64,000 bases of DNA, taken from Gekko japonicus. Lineage: Eukaryota. The stretch is from assembly GCF_001447785.1 (NCBI RefSeq), contig NW_015170891.1:171427-235426 (forward strand), read 5' to 3'. Made by a program: the position numbers and the translations under genes. Under the pieces are notes generated by a model. It did no database searches. It was not told where the DNA came from and was given only the letters and a program-made list of their open reading frames with translations. Shown in pieces: positions 38,298 to 50,900 of this stretch. The first letter of the stretch is position 1; each line of letters starts with the position of its first letter.

Positions 38298-39030
38298 CGT
38301 CACGGTTGTGCCCCTCCGTAGGGGTCTGCTCGCCCTCCGCCGTGACGTTCCCCTAGGCTGTACGAGCCTGTGACCCAGCCCAGGACGTGGAAACGTGACT
38401 ACAGGGAGGCAGGACAATATATCCTTTGGAGGGAGCGCGCCTCAGACACAGGCCAGCAGGGGGTTCCGTCACCGCCCTCGGCCTGTGCTGGGCCTGGCTT
38501 ATCTTGGTCCTTTCTACCCTCTCTCTAGGCTTCCATCAGCGAGGACCTCGTTCTAACAGCCAGCCCAGCAAGTCCTCACTGGCTTGCTGATCCCTTCCTT
38601 TTATTTCCTCCTCCCGTCTCGCCACTTCCCCCGTCCTGGCCCCGCCCTCCTTCAAAGCCTCCGACGCGGATGCGTCCGATACCGCCCGGCCGCGCCCCAG
38701 CTTCCCAGGGTGGCTGCGCGTCGGCGCGTCCGCCCCGGCTGCTTCCAGGCCCCTTCGAGAGGCCCGCGGCTGCGTTCTCGCCCGTCCGCCCCCCCTTCCC
38801 CGGCAGTATCCTCCTGTCTGAACCGGGGCCTCGGGGTCTTCGGTGCGGTCGCTTCCGGCGTCCCTGTTGCCTCCCGTCGCCGCGGTAGTATCGCCGCCGC
38901 CGTCGCCGGTACGCTCCTCGCCCGTCGTTGTGGTCATCCTCCCGGTACGTGCCCGGTGATTCCGGGGGCCGGGGGTTCCCTGCAGCCCGCTGGACGTCGG
39001 GGTGCAGGAGTCACGGGGGCGACCGTGACA
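38298..39030 (-). mobile_element. Young CpG-rich solo LTR (Gypsy-like) in PSMB7 intron 5
   Basis: Inverted termini CGTCACGGT...ACCGTGACA; 5-bp TSD CTGAA at 38293-38297 and 39031-39035; orientation inferred from a TATA-like AATAAAAG on the minus strand near 38600. Confidence 0.88.
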
Positions 39031-39474
39031 CTGAACAACAGACACAAAGCCTGGCTTCCTTAATAACCTATTACAATTTGCTTTCTGTAGTCCATTCCAT
39101 TTCAAAAGCAGTTTTCTGTGTGGCATGGTTGTGGAGGGTGCTGTGGTTCAAGGAACACAAGCCCCTGCCCCTGGTGTGTATACCTCTGTTTAATAACTCG
39201 GCTGGTAGGAATTTGCAAATGCAAGTTGTATCTAAGGATCCAATACTCAAGCTGCTATTTTAGAGTTAGGTGGTTATAAATTCAGGTGAGGAGGATCCCA
39301 GCTGAAGTAAGTGATGATGCTCATTTAAATGGTCAGTAGCAAGATGAAAATTAGCATTTGTAAAGATCCAGTTTTAATGGCAAGTAGCACAACGTTTTGT
39401 GTTTCCTTTTTCTTTTAAGCATTGCCGTTCCATTGCAGTAAAACAAAAATAAATGATTTCTCTGTTGATTTCAG

Positions 39475-39533
39475 GTTCTGGTGCTTTGGCAGCCATGGCA
39501 GTTTTTGAAGACAATTTCAAGCCGGACATGGAG
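39475..39533 (+). CDS. PSMB7: PSMB7 exon 6
   Basis: (G)SGALAAMAVFEDNFKPDME; tttcag| and |gtaacc; 59 bp, phase matches exon 5. Confidence 0.97.
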
Positions 39534-40597
39534 GTAACCCCCCCCCCCCCTTGACCTCCTGCCACTGTGTCTTTGTTGTGTTTTCAGCTATAGGAATAGA
39601 AGGGAAACAATATGTTGGGCAGGGCATTTCTGTTTTTTACCTATAGCCTTATTTGTGTGTCTTGCCTATGATCCTACATCTGTTTTAATAATTGCATTAA
39701 GCATATGGATCTGGGATAGGATAACTTGTTTCTTTCTGAACAGTGTTCATTGTTAATAAAATAATATGGAGTATCGTAGGCAAATTAATATATAGGCAAG
39801 TTAATATATAGGTGGGGGTGGCTTATAGCATAGTGGGTCCTACTGTAGGGTATGAATTGGAGCGGGGATCTCATGGTCTTTTCCTTTTACTAAGAATTCT
39901 ATGAACATATGTATTACCCTTCCTTTGTAATATAGAACTCTGTTTTGTTAATAACTTTTGTGTTTGTCTAAGGATAACTAATTTTGCCACAGGTTTTTTC
40001 CCAACTGCATATATTTGGCCATTTGATGCCCCCTCTTTGTCATTTGTGGTATATTATTGTCAACCTACTGTGACTAGCCAAGGACCATGAGAAAAGGATT
40101 TAATCTTTCAGGGCTCCCTGGGTTTTAATATTATTTGTACTTTGTTCATAAAGATGTGAGTATGCAGAGGGGCACAAAATTGTAGGAGGCATGATCTCTC
40201 TTACTTGAAAAATCTGATACTTGGGCTGGTGTCTGTTAACATGCAGGTACAGAAATCTATGGTCCTTGGACTGTTCTGTGTTTACTCCTTGTTGTCCTAC
40301 AACAGTTGATGTTATACACTTGAGACTTTGGAACTAGAAATCTGCTGAAAGCTGCTTGATAAATAATAAAGTATTTAAGTAATGTTAGGAAAAAGGAGGC
40401 AAATGCATCATGTACAAGCCTGGACCATATACAAGCGCTGGGGTTTGTCCATGCTTCACTCCTAGATTTAGCCCATCCAACATGATTGATTTGCAGCACA
40501 ACAGCCCTGACAACCACTATATGTACATATGTGGGGCAGAATTTTGTGCCCCACATCACTGCCACCAGTTACAAATTGTGTCAAGTTAATGGCATGT

Positions 40598-41376
40598 AGG
40601 AAGGCCGAGCGCTGGAGGAATTCGAGATTTTGAATTATGGTGCTGGAGGAAATCTCTTGAGAGTCCCTTGGACTGCAAGAAGATCAAATCAGTCAGTCGT
40701 AAAGGAATTCAACCCTGACTGTTCCCTGGAAGGCCAGATACTGAAGCTGAAGCTCAAATACTTCAGCCACCAAATGAGAAGGGAGCACTCATTTATTTAT
40801 TTATTTTATTAGTTTGATTCTAGCCCGGCTTCCCCGCCAAGGCAGGCTCAGGGCGGCTCACAACGAGAACAATGGATAAAGCAACAATGTAAAAATCAAT
40901 ATAAATACACAGTAAAATTATTAAAACTATTATCATAATGATGGCGTGACGGCTGTGACAAAGTGCACATACAACGATACATCCTCTAGTGGTGGGCTCA
41001 GGGTAGAATTGGGACAGGGTGAAGATGATAGAACGCAGCTCTTTATCTAAATGCCTGACGAAAGAGCTCCGTTTTTGCGGCCCTGCGGTACTGTACAAGG
41101 TCCCGCAAGGACCCTGATTTCATCCAGAAGCTCATTCCAATAAGTTGGAGCTGCCACAGAAAAAGCCCTTAGGCATCATTGGAGAAGACCCTGGTGCTGG
41201 GAATGATTGAAGGTAAAAAAAGAAGGGGATGGCAAAGGATGAGATGGTTAGACAGTGTTATCGATGCAATGGACATGAAATTGAGCAAACTCTGGAGGAC
41301 AGGAGGGCCTGGCGTAATGTGGTCCATGGGGTCGTGAAGAGTTGGACTCGACTGTGTGACTGAACAACAGCAACAA
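40598..41376 (+). mobile_element. RTE-BovB 3' fragment split by an L2 insertion
   Basis: Colinear with the 45.8-46.2 kb BovB copy on both sides of 40794-41175; CAA tail. Confidence 0.9.
40794..41175 (-). mobile_element. L2 LINE 3' end nested in BovB
   Basis: Minus strand reads RAFSVAAPTYWNEL..KTELFRQAF* (L2 ORF2 C-terminus, with a frameshift); (TAAA)n tail; TCATT duplicated at 40789-40793 and 41176-41180. Confidence 0.85.
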
Positions 41377-42276
41377 ATCCTACTACTACAGTGAACAAAG
41401 TTTGCAACTTTCTTCCAACTTAAGTGGCTCTTCCTCCAACAGAAGAGCCAGTTGGACTAAAGCAATTTCCTCCAGCCTAAAGTAGAATACATGCCTTTTG
41501 GTTTCTAGTTTTCTATATAACTGATTCTTATGCATACCCTAAAGCAGCATTTTGAGCTTACTGTAGTGTCAAATTTATTCTTAGTAATAGACCAAAATCT
41601 GTCCTTCCTGCAACTCGAGAAGGGATGCAGTCTCTGAAGTCAGAGAGAGTCCTACCTTTTCTGGAGTAGAGATGAATAAGTCTGACATGGTGTACTTTAA
41701 AAATGCTAGTGAAGTCTGGTGTCAGGTTGGAGATGATGAGCCCTACCTGTCTTACTGCTGGTGATGGCATTTGTGGACTCTTGAGCACAACAATATGTTC
41801 AGATGAAATGGACAGTCAGCCATTATGATTAGAATCCCTTGCAAATTTGCTCATAGTCTCAGTGAGTCAGATTTTAACAGCAGCAGTTCTTATAATCTTA
41901 CTAGGGAATTTTGAGACTTTATCCTAATCAGTCTTCCTCAAACCTCAGAGATAAACAAGACAAGGCCATAAGGTAGCTAACTTACTGCCCTACTCCCCCC
42001 CCCATTCAGAACAAAAGTCAGTTACTCTGTTAGCCCCAACTAACACTGGTGACTCCAGCATCAACACAGTTCCCTATATTGCAGTGGCTGTGTTTAGACT
42101 TGCACTTTGCTGTGTCCTAGGGTTTTGCTTGGTTGCACACACTGCCACAAATATTTTGGTAGGTTGCCATACAACCCAAATATGTATGTGTCTGGGAAAT
42201 CCAAGGGAAGGTTTATCCCTGTAGTTCATTGCCCCATTCCTTTTCTTTTGTTTTTCAGCCAGGGAGGCACCATCTC

Positions 42277-43017
42277 CAGGGGTGTGCAAACCCCACCCCT
42301 GTATTTTTCGGGTTCAGGTATACTGAACCCAAAATATTAGTATTTCCCAATATTCCTTAATCCCAATACTGGTATGATATTTGGATTCGGGAAATATTTG
42401 AGTTTTTTCAACTCATTATACCCTATGGGGACCATTATAGTCAATGATCCCCATAGCCTATAATGGAGAATTGATCCAGGGGTATCTGGGGCTCTGGTGG
42501 GGCTGTTTTTTGAGGTAGAAGCATCAAATTTACAGCATAGCTGCTGGTGCCTCTCCTCAACCCCTCCCCCCAAGTTTAAAAAAGAATGGACTAGGGGGTC
42601 CAGTTCTATGATCCCCAGAAGAAGATGCTCCCATTCTCCATTGTTTCCAGTAGAGGGGAAAAGGCATTGAAAGGAATTGTGGTCCCTTTAAATGCCTTCT
42701 CTGAGCTGTGTGACTCTGCTGTGAGTGAACTTCAAAGGTATTTAAAGGGTTCACAGTCCCTTTAATTGCCTTCTCCAAGCTAAGAATTCACTCCAAAGGC
42801 ATTTAAAGGGACTGAGAGCCCTTTAAATGCCCTTTAACTGCAGCTATCCAGTGGTCCCAAAAAATCCCAAATATTTTTGGAATTTTTCGGGTCAGCCATT
42901 TTTGGATAGCCAGATAGGAGCTCACTGGTTAACTGGATGAAAAAACACCCGAAAAATTCCAATAAGGAACTTTTTGGGTATTTTTTCAGCTTGATTTATG
43001 CCGAATGCACACCCCTA
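42277..43017. mobile_element. Non-autonomous hAT-like DNA transposon
   Basis: TIRs CAGGGGTGTGCA / TGCACACCCCTA; 8-bp TSD ACCATCTC/ACCACCTC; internal CCCTTTAAATGCC repeats. Confidence 0.85.
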
Positions 43018-44856
43018 ACCACCTCCTATGTAAGACAAAAGATTTAATTGGACAACTGATCTTTTAAAATCTGTGTTTGATCCAACTGGTGTAAAATGGG
43101 ATAGATTTACAAAATCCAAGTAAAATTAAAAACTGCATATGCAGGTGTGTGATATTGTACATTTGTAGGGAAAATATTATGGCAATGGCTTTTATCTTTC
43201 ATCTTTAAATTTAAGGGAAAACTGACTTTTACTTTTTTGTTATAAACAAACTGGAATAATTTTGGCTGAGTGTTCCAAGACTTGGTCATATAAAAGCATG
43301 AAAGATATGCTTTTTGGAAGGCAAATCTCTAGGTACCGAAGTGTAATGTATGGAATTCGTTGAAAATTTTTGACTCCTATCATTAAAATGGGTAGAAAAT
43401 TAGTATTTTTTCCTGTTAAAATGAATGCTGCTCCTTTTTGCACTAATTGTCAGAATATCTTGATAGAGCTCTGAAAGGGTAGTAGTATACTGCAAGACCA
43501 TCACATCACAGAGAACTGATTCAAAGGCAAACCGTCCTGCACCCTCTGGTATCAACTTGCAAATTAGCATCTGGAATATAATTAAACGAGCTTAATGAAA
43601 GTAGCAGCTGAATACTGCTGGAAAAGACAATCAGCCTTTCCCCCCTCTGATATATATTCTGTACTACTGAAGCTGTTCACCAAAAGCATCGTGTGAGCGC
43701 AGTTAAAGGCATTAGCATTTATTTGAAGGGTAGGAACTGTGTTTTTTTCATTCTGTTACGCTTTTGGCATGCGCCGGCGTCCCTAGAGAGCCGTGCCACA
43801 ACACATAGTGCACAATATTTATAAATCAGTGACAGGCAATAATAGCAACTTGAAAAATTTCTTTTGCTGGAATTTCAAGTTGAGAGCTGCCAAAAGCTGA
43901 GGGATCAAACCTGCTCTGGCAGCTGCTGTGCCCTACAGTGAGAATAGCAGACTTTGAAGATGTTCGACTTAAAGAAACGAAGACTGCAGGCTTAGCCAAT
44001 TTTTGCAGGTTTCTCAAGCTCTGGCTTTCTGCTGTTTGAAGATGAGTTGTTCAAGCTTCTACCACCGCCTGAGGCAGCTTCACACCAGCAGGGCCTATCC
44101 CCCCCCCCCTTCTCCCTGACTTAGTGTGTCTTGAGTTTTTGGGTAGCACATGCATTGTCAGTGCCAAGCGTGACAGCCCTTTCACGGGCTGCAGCACAGA
44201 GAGACGATCTCTATCCAACCTCCTCCAGGTAGATAGATGCTGGCCTCTGGAGGAGCTGTTATAGATTGCCAAGCTGGCAACAGCTTTTGCCCTAAAGCTC
44301 TATAGGTGCCTCAAAACAAGATACCAAGCAAGTGGCTGTTGTGAGACAGGCACAGTTGCTCATGTGCGCCCCTATACACTTGTCTGAAGTAGTGTAAATG
44401 AGAGAGCAGTGTGCCTAGTGACTGTTCTTGAAGCAAAGCCATTTTCTGTTTTCAGTGGAGTTTGCTACTTGATACAGGGTGGAGGAGATCCTACGTGCCA
44501 AGGCATTTTATTTTCTTGCACCAGACCAATATCTAAGGTTTGACACCAGTTCATGAAAATTTGATTCTAGTTTGCAGAAGTAGAGAGCCTGCCAAACAGC
44601 CCTGCTTACAAGCACTCTGCCTGTACTTCAGAAAGGGATGGCGGCATGACAACAGCAGCCATTACTCCAGTACCCATGGTTATCTCAGACCTTTGAGTGG
44701 CTGTTTATTTAAAGCTGTAAACAAAGACTCACAAGGTGGTTTACAATAGTGAGAATGGTAAAGTGATTGTTGCTGATTTTATTTAGTTTTATTAATTATC
44801 AAAGAATGCCAATACAATTAACAGTAAATAGCCACAGGGGATGTGGAATGGTACAG

Positions 44857-45022
44857 TATAGCCTGATCTTGTCAGATTTCGGAAGCTAAGCAAGGTCAGT
44901 ACTTGGATGGGAGACCACCAAGGAAGACTGCAGAGGAAGGCAATGGAAACCTATCTCTGTTTAATCACATGCCTTGAAAACTCTATGGGGTAACCCTAAC
45001 TCAGCTGCGACTTGACAGCACT
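44857..45022 (+). mobile_element. 5S rRNA-derived SINE (SINE3 type)
   Basis: GCCTGATCTTGTCAGATTTCGGAAGCTAAGCA..AGTACTTGGATGGGAGACC (5S boxes A and C, with a deletion) fused to a GAGGAAGGCAATGG..GACTTGACAGCAC LINE-like tail. Confidence 0.8.
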
Positions 45023-45492
45023 TTATACAAACACACAAATAGCCTCAGCATCCGATCATGACTATACTAAAGCTTGTCATGTTGTAAACTCCTTGAACAG
45101 GCCAAACAGAAAGCAGTTATTACTAATACAATAAGCATTTACAGAATGAAAAACAGAAAGCAGAGTACAGTAGCATACAGTCAGAACAAAGAATGCAAAA
45201 TTAGTCATAGTGAACACTTGGAGAATAAACTGGCATCATCAAGTGCCTAAAACATTACAAACATCAGCTACAGGAAAATGGGGGCTGGGAGAGAATCCCA
45301 GAATTGGCATGATGACAGAGAAAGTACTGCTTCTAGAAGTGAGGTTTTACACACCAGGAGCTTTGTGGAAGTTCTCAGTGGCTGACTGTGCCTAGTGATC
45401 TGCTTTTCTCATGCTATAGTAAGAGACAAATACTGCCATGCCTAATAGGCCTGGAAACCAAGGGACAAAAATGTGGGCAGATAGATGGGTTG

Positions 45493-46205
45493 TTGCTGAG
45501 GGTGAAAGAGGAGAGCGCTGCAAAGGTTGGCTTGAAACTCAACATCAAAAAAACTAAGATCATGGCATCCGGCCCCATCACTCCTTGGCAAATAGGGGAA
45601 GTCATGGAAGCAGTGACAGACTTCACGTTCCTGGGATCCAAGATCACTGCAGACGGTGACTGCAGCCATGAAATTAAAAGACGCCTGCTCCTTGGGAGGA
45701 AAGCGATGGCAAACCTAGACAGCATAATAAAAAGTAGAGACATCACCCTGCCAACAAAAGTCCGTATGGTCAAAGCAATGGTGTTCCCAGTAGCAATGTA
45801 TGGTTGCGAGAGTTGGACCATAAGGAAGGCTGAGCGCCGAAGAATAGGTTCTTTTGAATTATGGTGCTGGAGAAGACTCTTGAGAGTCCCCTGGACAGAT
45901 CAAGGAGATCAAATCAGTCAGTCCTAAAGGAAATCAACCCTGACAGTTCCCTGGAAGGCCAGATGCTGAAGCTCAAATACTTTGGCCACCAAATGAGAAG
46001 GGAGCACTCACTGGAGAAAACCCTGATGCTGGGAAAGATTGAAGGTAAAAGAAGAAGGTGATGACAAAGGATGAGATGGTTAGACAGTGTTATCAATGCA
46101 ACGAACAGGAAATTGAACACACTCCGGAGGACAGGAGGGCCTGGCGTGATGTGGTCCATGGGGTCGTGAAGAGTCGGACTTGACTGTGCGACTGAACAAC
46201 AACAG
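45493..46205 (+). mobile_element. RTE-BovB LINE 3' fragment
   Basis: GLKLNIKKTKIM..ELWCWRRLLRVPW; CTGAACAACAAC tail; TSD AGATGGGTTG at 45483-45492 and 46206-46215. Confidence 0.95.
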
Positions 46206-46625
46206 AGATGGGTTGCAACCAGTACAGCTGCTGTCTGGAAACGCTCACATTCTCTAGGACTTGGAAACTGTGGCACATTTCTAGCTAGCAAGTGATGATG
46301 CCTGAAGGAGCAAACAGAAAGGAGGCAGAGGTGACAGGTGAAAGGCAGAGTATAGGGGGCAGTAGTTTCCCCACTTCTTCCAATTGGCCTCTTAAGAAAC
46401 AGTGGGAAACAATAGGAAGAATCTGGGATTAGCTGTGCATTAATTTTCCATATGAATATTTGTTATTAGAAGGCATAGTTTAATAATCCCTATTGTTAGA
46501 AAGATTAGAACATTTGGACTGGGCATAGAACTGCATTCAGTATTATTAGATCAAGTGCTGTGGAGTTAATGCCCTTTGGAAAGATAAGCTCTTACCCAGA
46601 GTTTTTGGATTGTCCTACCAGGGGA

Positions 46626-46873
46626 CAATCTGGTCCCAGCTCCTGCTAACCTAGGAGTTCGAAGACAAGAAATTGCAAGTAGATAAATAGGTACTGCTTC
46701 GGTGGGAAGGTAACAGCGTTCCGTGTGCCTTGGGGTCTAGTCGTGCCACCCACATGACCACAGAAACGTCTCTGGGCAGCACTGGCTCTTTGGCTTGGAA
46801 ATGGAGATGAGTACCGCATCCCTAGAGTCAAATTCGACTGGCTTTTGAGCAAGGGAAACCTTTACCTTTACCT
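46626..46873 (+). mobile_element. Sauria SINE, 5'-truncated
   Basis: Same body as the other two copies, (ACCTTT)n tail; TSD TACCAGGGGA at 46616-46625 and 46874-46883. Confidence 0.9.
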
Positions 46874-48592
46874 TACCAGGGGAGACCTGGCTAGCCCTAT
46901 TGCACTCTGTTCAGCAGTCACTGGCAATCTGGCTGTTAAGAGGAGCTTTGGAGTTGGGTGAAAGTTGACTGATCAGTCTTTAGAGCTGCTTCTGACAGGG
47001 AAATCTTGCTTGTATGTGCTTTGTATGATTTCTTTCTGCTGTTTTGTGGTTGGTTGGTTTATTTCTCATAAATCGTTTTGTCTGATCTAATTTTTGGTAG
47101 CTGTCTGGGTTTTGGAATGGAAAGATAGGATACAGTTTGCGCCATTTGTAACATTGGAAGAGGGACCTGGGGATGAGGGATGGCTGAGACAGTGAAGAGC
47201 ATGGAGTGGTGCTGGGCTTTCTGCCAATGCCATCGTGCACATTTCCAAGCTGCTCCTGTCTGAGGAGCTAAAAACTGACTTTAGTTTATGTTTTAGAAGT
47301 GCCAGATTCATTGCCATCTAGCCGAGGGCTGTCTACTCAGGCAGTTGGTAGCTCTCCAAGTCCCAGGCACGGAGCAGTCTTCTCTGCTCTTCTTGACCTG
47401 AAAGCCTTTTAGCTAGAGTCACCAGGGATTCGACCCGGAACCTTGTACATTGAGCTATGACTCTTCCCTCATGCAGGCACCAGTGCTGATGTGCTGTGTG
47501 CAGTTAGAGGCATTCTGTCAGTGTGGAATCCTTAGGAGTGTGGCAGAGCACAAATCCTGGTCCCCGGTCTTTTGCCCAGTGGAGCAGGTTTTCTGGAATA
47601 ATATGAATCAGAAAATTTTCTGGAAGTTTATTCCAATGCCATAAATTTTAAAGCAAGATCTGGGTTATGTTTATTTTGACTTGGATTTTGTAAATAAAAT
47701 ATAAATTTGCAGATATTCCAATAAGAACAAATCTGAGCTGAAATATTAGATTAGCAAAACGAAATAAAGTGTAGTTTAAATGTTCAAAGGTTTATGTTGA
47801 AATTATTTTTATTGGCATAATATTTATCAGAATGTAAAGATAATGTAGTATGTATATTGCTTACATTGTGAAATTTAAAAGAAAACTTGAAGGCACTAAG
47901 GACTTGATGCACTAACTGCAGTCCTGAGCGCTTTTAAGTCCATTGAAGCCAGTTGTCTTAGAAAGGTGTAACTGTGCTTAGGAGTGCACTGTAATTTTAA
48001 TGCACCCAAAGAACTGTGCATGGTATACCATGGTCATATTTGACCACTCGTATTTTTTCAGTAGAATTTAATTTTTGTCCATGGAGGTCATGATGGCATC
48101 TCATCACTTGCATTACTTGTTAGTTCAATACCAGATTGGTGATTACAGTATACCTTCCACCTTGTGAGAGGAGACAGAAATCAGTATTTTAGGTTTGGTT
48201 TGGTTTTGACCTGTACAGCCGGTCAGGTAAATTCGTAACCTGATTTTTACATTTCGCATTGTTATACATATTTGTGCTTTAATCCCTTCCCCCCTTGTCC
48301 AGTTTACAAATCAACAAGACATTCTTTCTTTAAATACATTATTTACACCTTTGAAATTGCCACGCTTGCCTGATATTATATTGACAGTTATACCCATTCA
48401 TTGCTGGTAGTTTTATGAAACACTAATTCCTGTGAAGGAAAAAAAAGCACGACATTTTTCTGCCTCACATGTTTGTTGCCTATGGGTTCTCAGGTGTCCT
48501 ACCCACAAGGTTTATTAGGTAGGCTGAAAGGGACAGTCTTCCTCCTTCCTTTCTTAGGTCGAGGTTGCAGTAGGATTCAACCCTCAGCAGGA

Positions 48593-48755
48593 NNNNNNNN
48601 NNNNNNNNNNNNNNNNNNNNNNNNNNNNNNNNNNNNNNNNNNNNNNNNNNNNNNNNNNNNNNNNNNNNNNNNNNNNNNNNNNNNNNNNNNNNNNNNNNNN
48701 NNNNNNNNNNNNNNNNNNNNNNNNNNNNNNNNNNNNNNNNNNNNNNNNNNNNNNN
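48593..48755. other. Assembly gap (163 N)
   Basis: Run of N. Confidence 1.
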
Positions 48756-50159
48756 GTATGTGGTCAAGTATCAGTTTAACTGCTGACAATAGGAGAGTCA
48801 CTGTGGTGTACTTTTTTTTTTTTTTGACAACTGCCCAAACTTTAATCTTGATCAGGCACAGCAGCCTCATCAGTTTCATTTAGGCTGCTTGTGTGACTGA
48901 CTGACACTCAGGAGCAGTGACAAGCTGCATATGAATGCCGGCTTCATTAGTGGGGCTGATCAAAATGCCCATGTCTCTGCCACAGGGGCTCAGGTGTGGG
49001 TGTCTTCTGGCTAATCCCCCCAGCTGACACTCGGAGTTTTAATGACTCCGTAGCAAGGTGGCCGCTTGCTGGGAGGTTTGCCAGCAGACAATGGAGATCA
49101 AGGGAGACCATCAGCATTAAGTTGGAGAGCTGCCTGAGTAACTTGCATCCCCTTTGGCTTAAGCAAATGCCTTTAAAAAAAATTAGACTCCTTTGCAAAA
49201 ATGAGTGCCCAGTGTTTGTATATTTGTGAGCGCTGATGGCTGGGAATGAGCAGTGCCACTCAGTATTGATGCTCTTGTTCCCATTGCATGGCCAGCACTA
49301 TGGTCATCTTTCTAGGTACATTCTTACTAGGACACATCTGCTCTTGTTTCTCCAAGTAGAGGCACTTCCCCTGTTGGTCCCTTTTAAATTCTTAACATGG
49401 TTTGGGATATTAATTTGGCTTCCCTCCATTAGTGGGATTGATCTAAATCTTTCTACCTCCATTCCAAAATGCTGCCTAGAATTACTGTACACTACAGGAT
49501 TAATGATAAAACATTAAAAAAATAACTCTTCTGGTGGCTGGTGATCTTAATTTTTTTTAGCCATGTTCTCCATAAGGAAATTGTATATGGAACTGTCTTA
49601 AGGATGTGGTTTTTGTATTGTCTTTGGCATGTAAAGCCAAAGAACACAGACTCTTCCAAGATATTTTGACTACACCTTTTAATTCATCCAATGTATGGCT
49701 GAATACAAGCACCTTTTGAGCATCTTCGTGAACTTACAGAAGACAGTTAGTAGTACTTAGAACTTGTGCCTGATAATGTGGGCGGGTGTATTCATAAGCT
49801 GCTGATGTCTAGAGAAAAACAGGTTGCTTACCTGTAGCTGATGATCTTCGAGTGGTCATCTGTGCAGTACCACACATGGGTTGGGCGCCTGCGCACGGCC
49901 TCGACTGGAGAAACTTCTAGAGCTTTGCCTCAGAAAGCTTTTGGCGGGCTCTCTTCCTGCCCTAGGGAGCAGGCATGTACTGCGCATGCCTGGAGCGGGG
50001 GAGAGAGCCGCCTCCCACTCAGTTCCTTTGACCGCTACCGGTAAGTCCCATGAAGCCAAAGAAAGGTGCAGAAACAAGAGGGGGAAAAACCTGAACCTAA
50101 CAATAAACTCCAGAACCAAACAAAGGTTAGTGAAAAGGAGGGCCAATATTAAAACCTTT

Positions 50160-50900
50160 CCATAAAAAAAGGTACATGTATTTATTGATAATAACAAAAT
50201 TTAAAACATATATAGGGGCCCCATTACAACCAATGTATATAAAACATAACAATAGCAAGGGCTTAAAAAGTTGACCTTACGCGTTGGCCAAATAGGCCTT
50301 CCTCAGAGGTCATACATATGTGGCAAGATGGTTAATAATTATATTCACATAAACACAATCAGAAATATATACAAAGTATAGATTCAATAAGAACCGTAAA
50401 GTAAATTGCTGTAAAAAATAAAAAATAGAAGATACACACATATTTTACAACAAATTAAAGAATTTCAAATCTATATAGCCAATCTGTAAATATAGACCAC
50501 AAACTTACTTCAGAAGTAAAATCACCAGGCACAGGATAAATATGCACATAAGACCTTTAAAGTGCAATCACTAGCCCAGTGATTATAAAATAAACCTAAG
50601 GAAAAAAATGAAAATCAGTATATCAAGCTATTTAAAACCCAAAAATAAATAGTAGTAATAATAATAAACTAGTTACTTATGTGTGATTGTGTTTCCACAG
50701 TATTCACAAGTAAAAAGCAGTGTGGGTAAACTTAAAAATGTTGGAGCTTTATAATTAGTTAAGCTGGTCATGTGATTGCACCTTTCACATAGAGTATACC
50801 ATTAAGGGATAAAGATACAGTACAAATTTAAACATAATGAAACCGTCCATAGATTATATAAAGATACATGCTATACCAACAAGATTATATTGCACACCTA
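50160..50900 (-). mobile_element. Probable Penelope-like element pseudo-LTR/3' fragment inside the DIRS
   Basis: AT-rich segment unlike the surrounding DIRS; contains the hammerhead motif followed on the minus strand by AATAAA near 50185; boundaries uncertain. Confidence 0.55.
50272..50312 (-). ncRNA. Degenerate minimal type I hammerhead ribozyme motif (Penelope-like type)
   Basis: Minus strand UGACCU-CUGAGGA-A-GGCC-UAUUU-GGCC-AAC-GC-GUA-AGGUCA: 6-bp stem I, CUGANGA box, stem II, palindromic ACGCGU stem III, GUA triplet; the GAAA box lacks GA. Confidence 0.75.

Noticed and set aside
38536-39126. GC-rich ORFs suggesting a nested gene with its own CpG island
   Set aside because: Explained by a solo LTR with inverted termini and a TSD
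44857-44920. 5S rRNA gene
   Set aside because: Partial, deleted and fused to a LINE-like tail, so a SINE head rather than a functional rRNA gene
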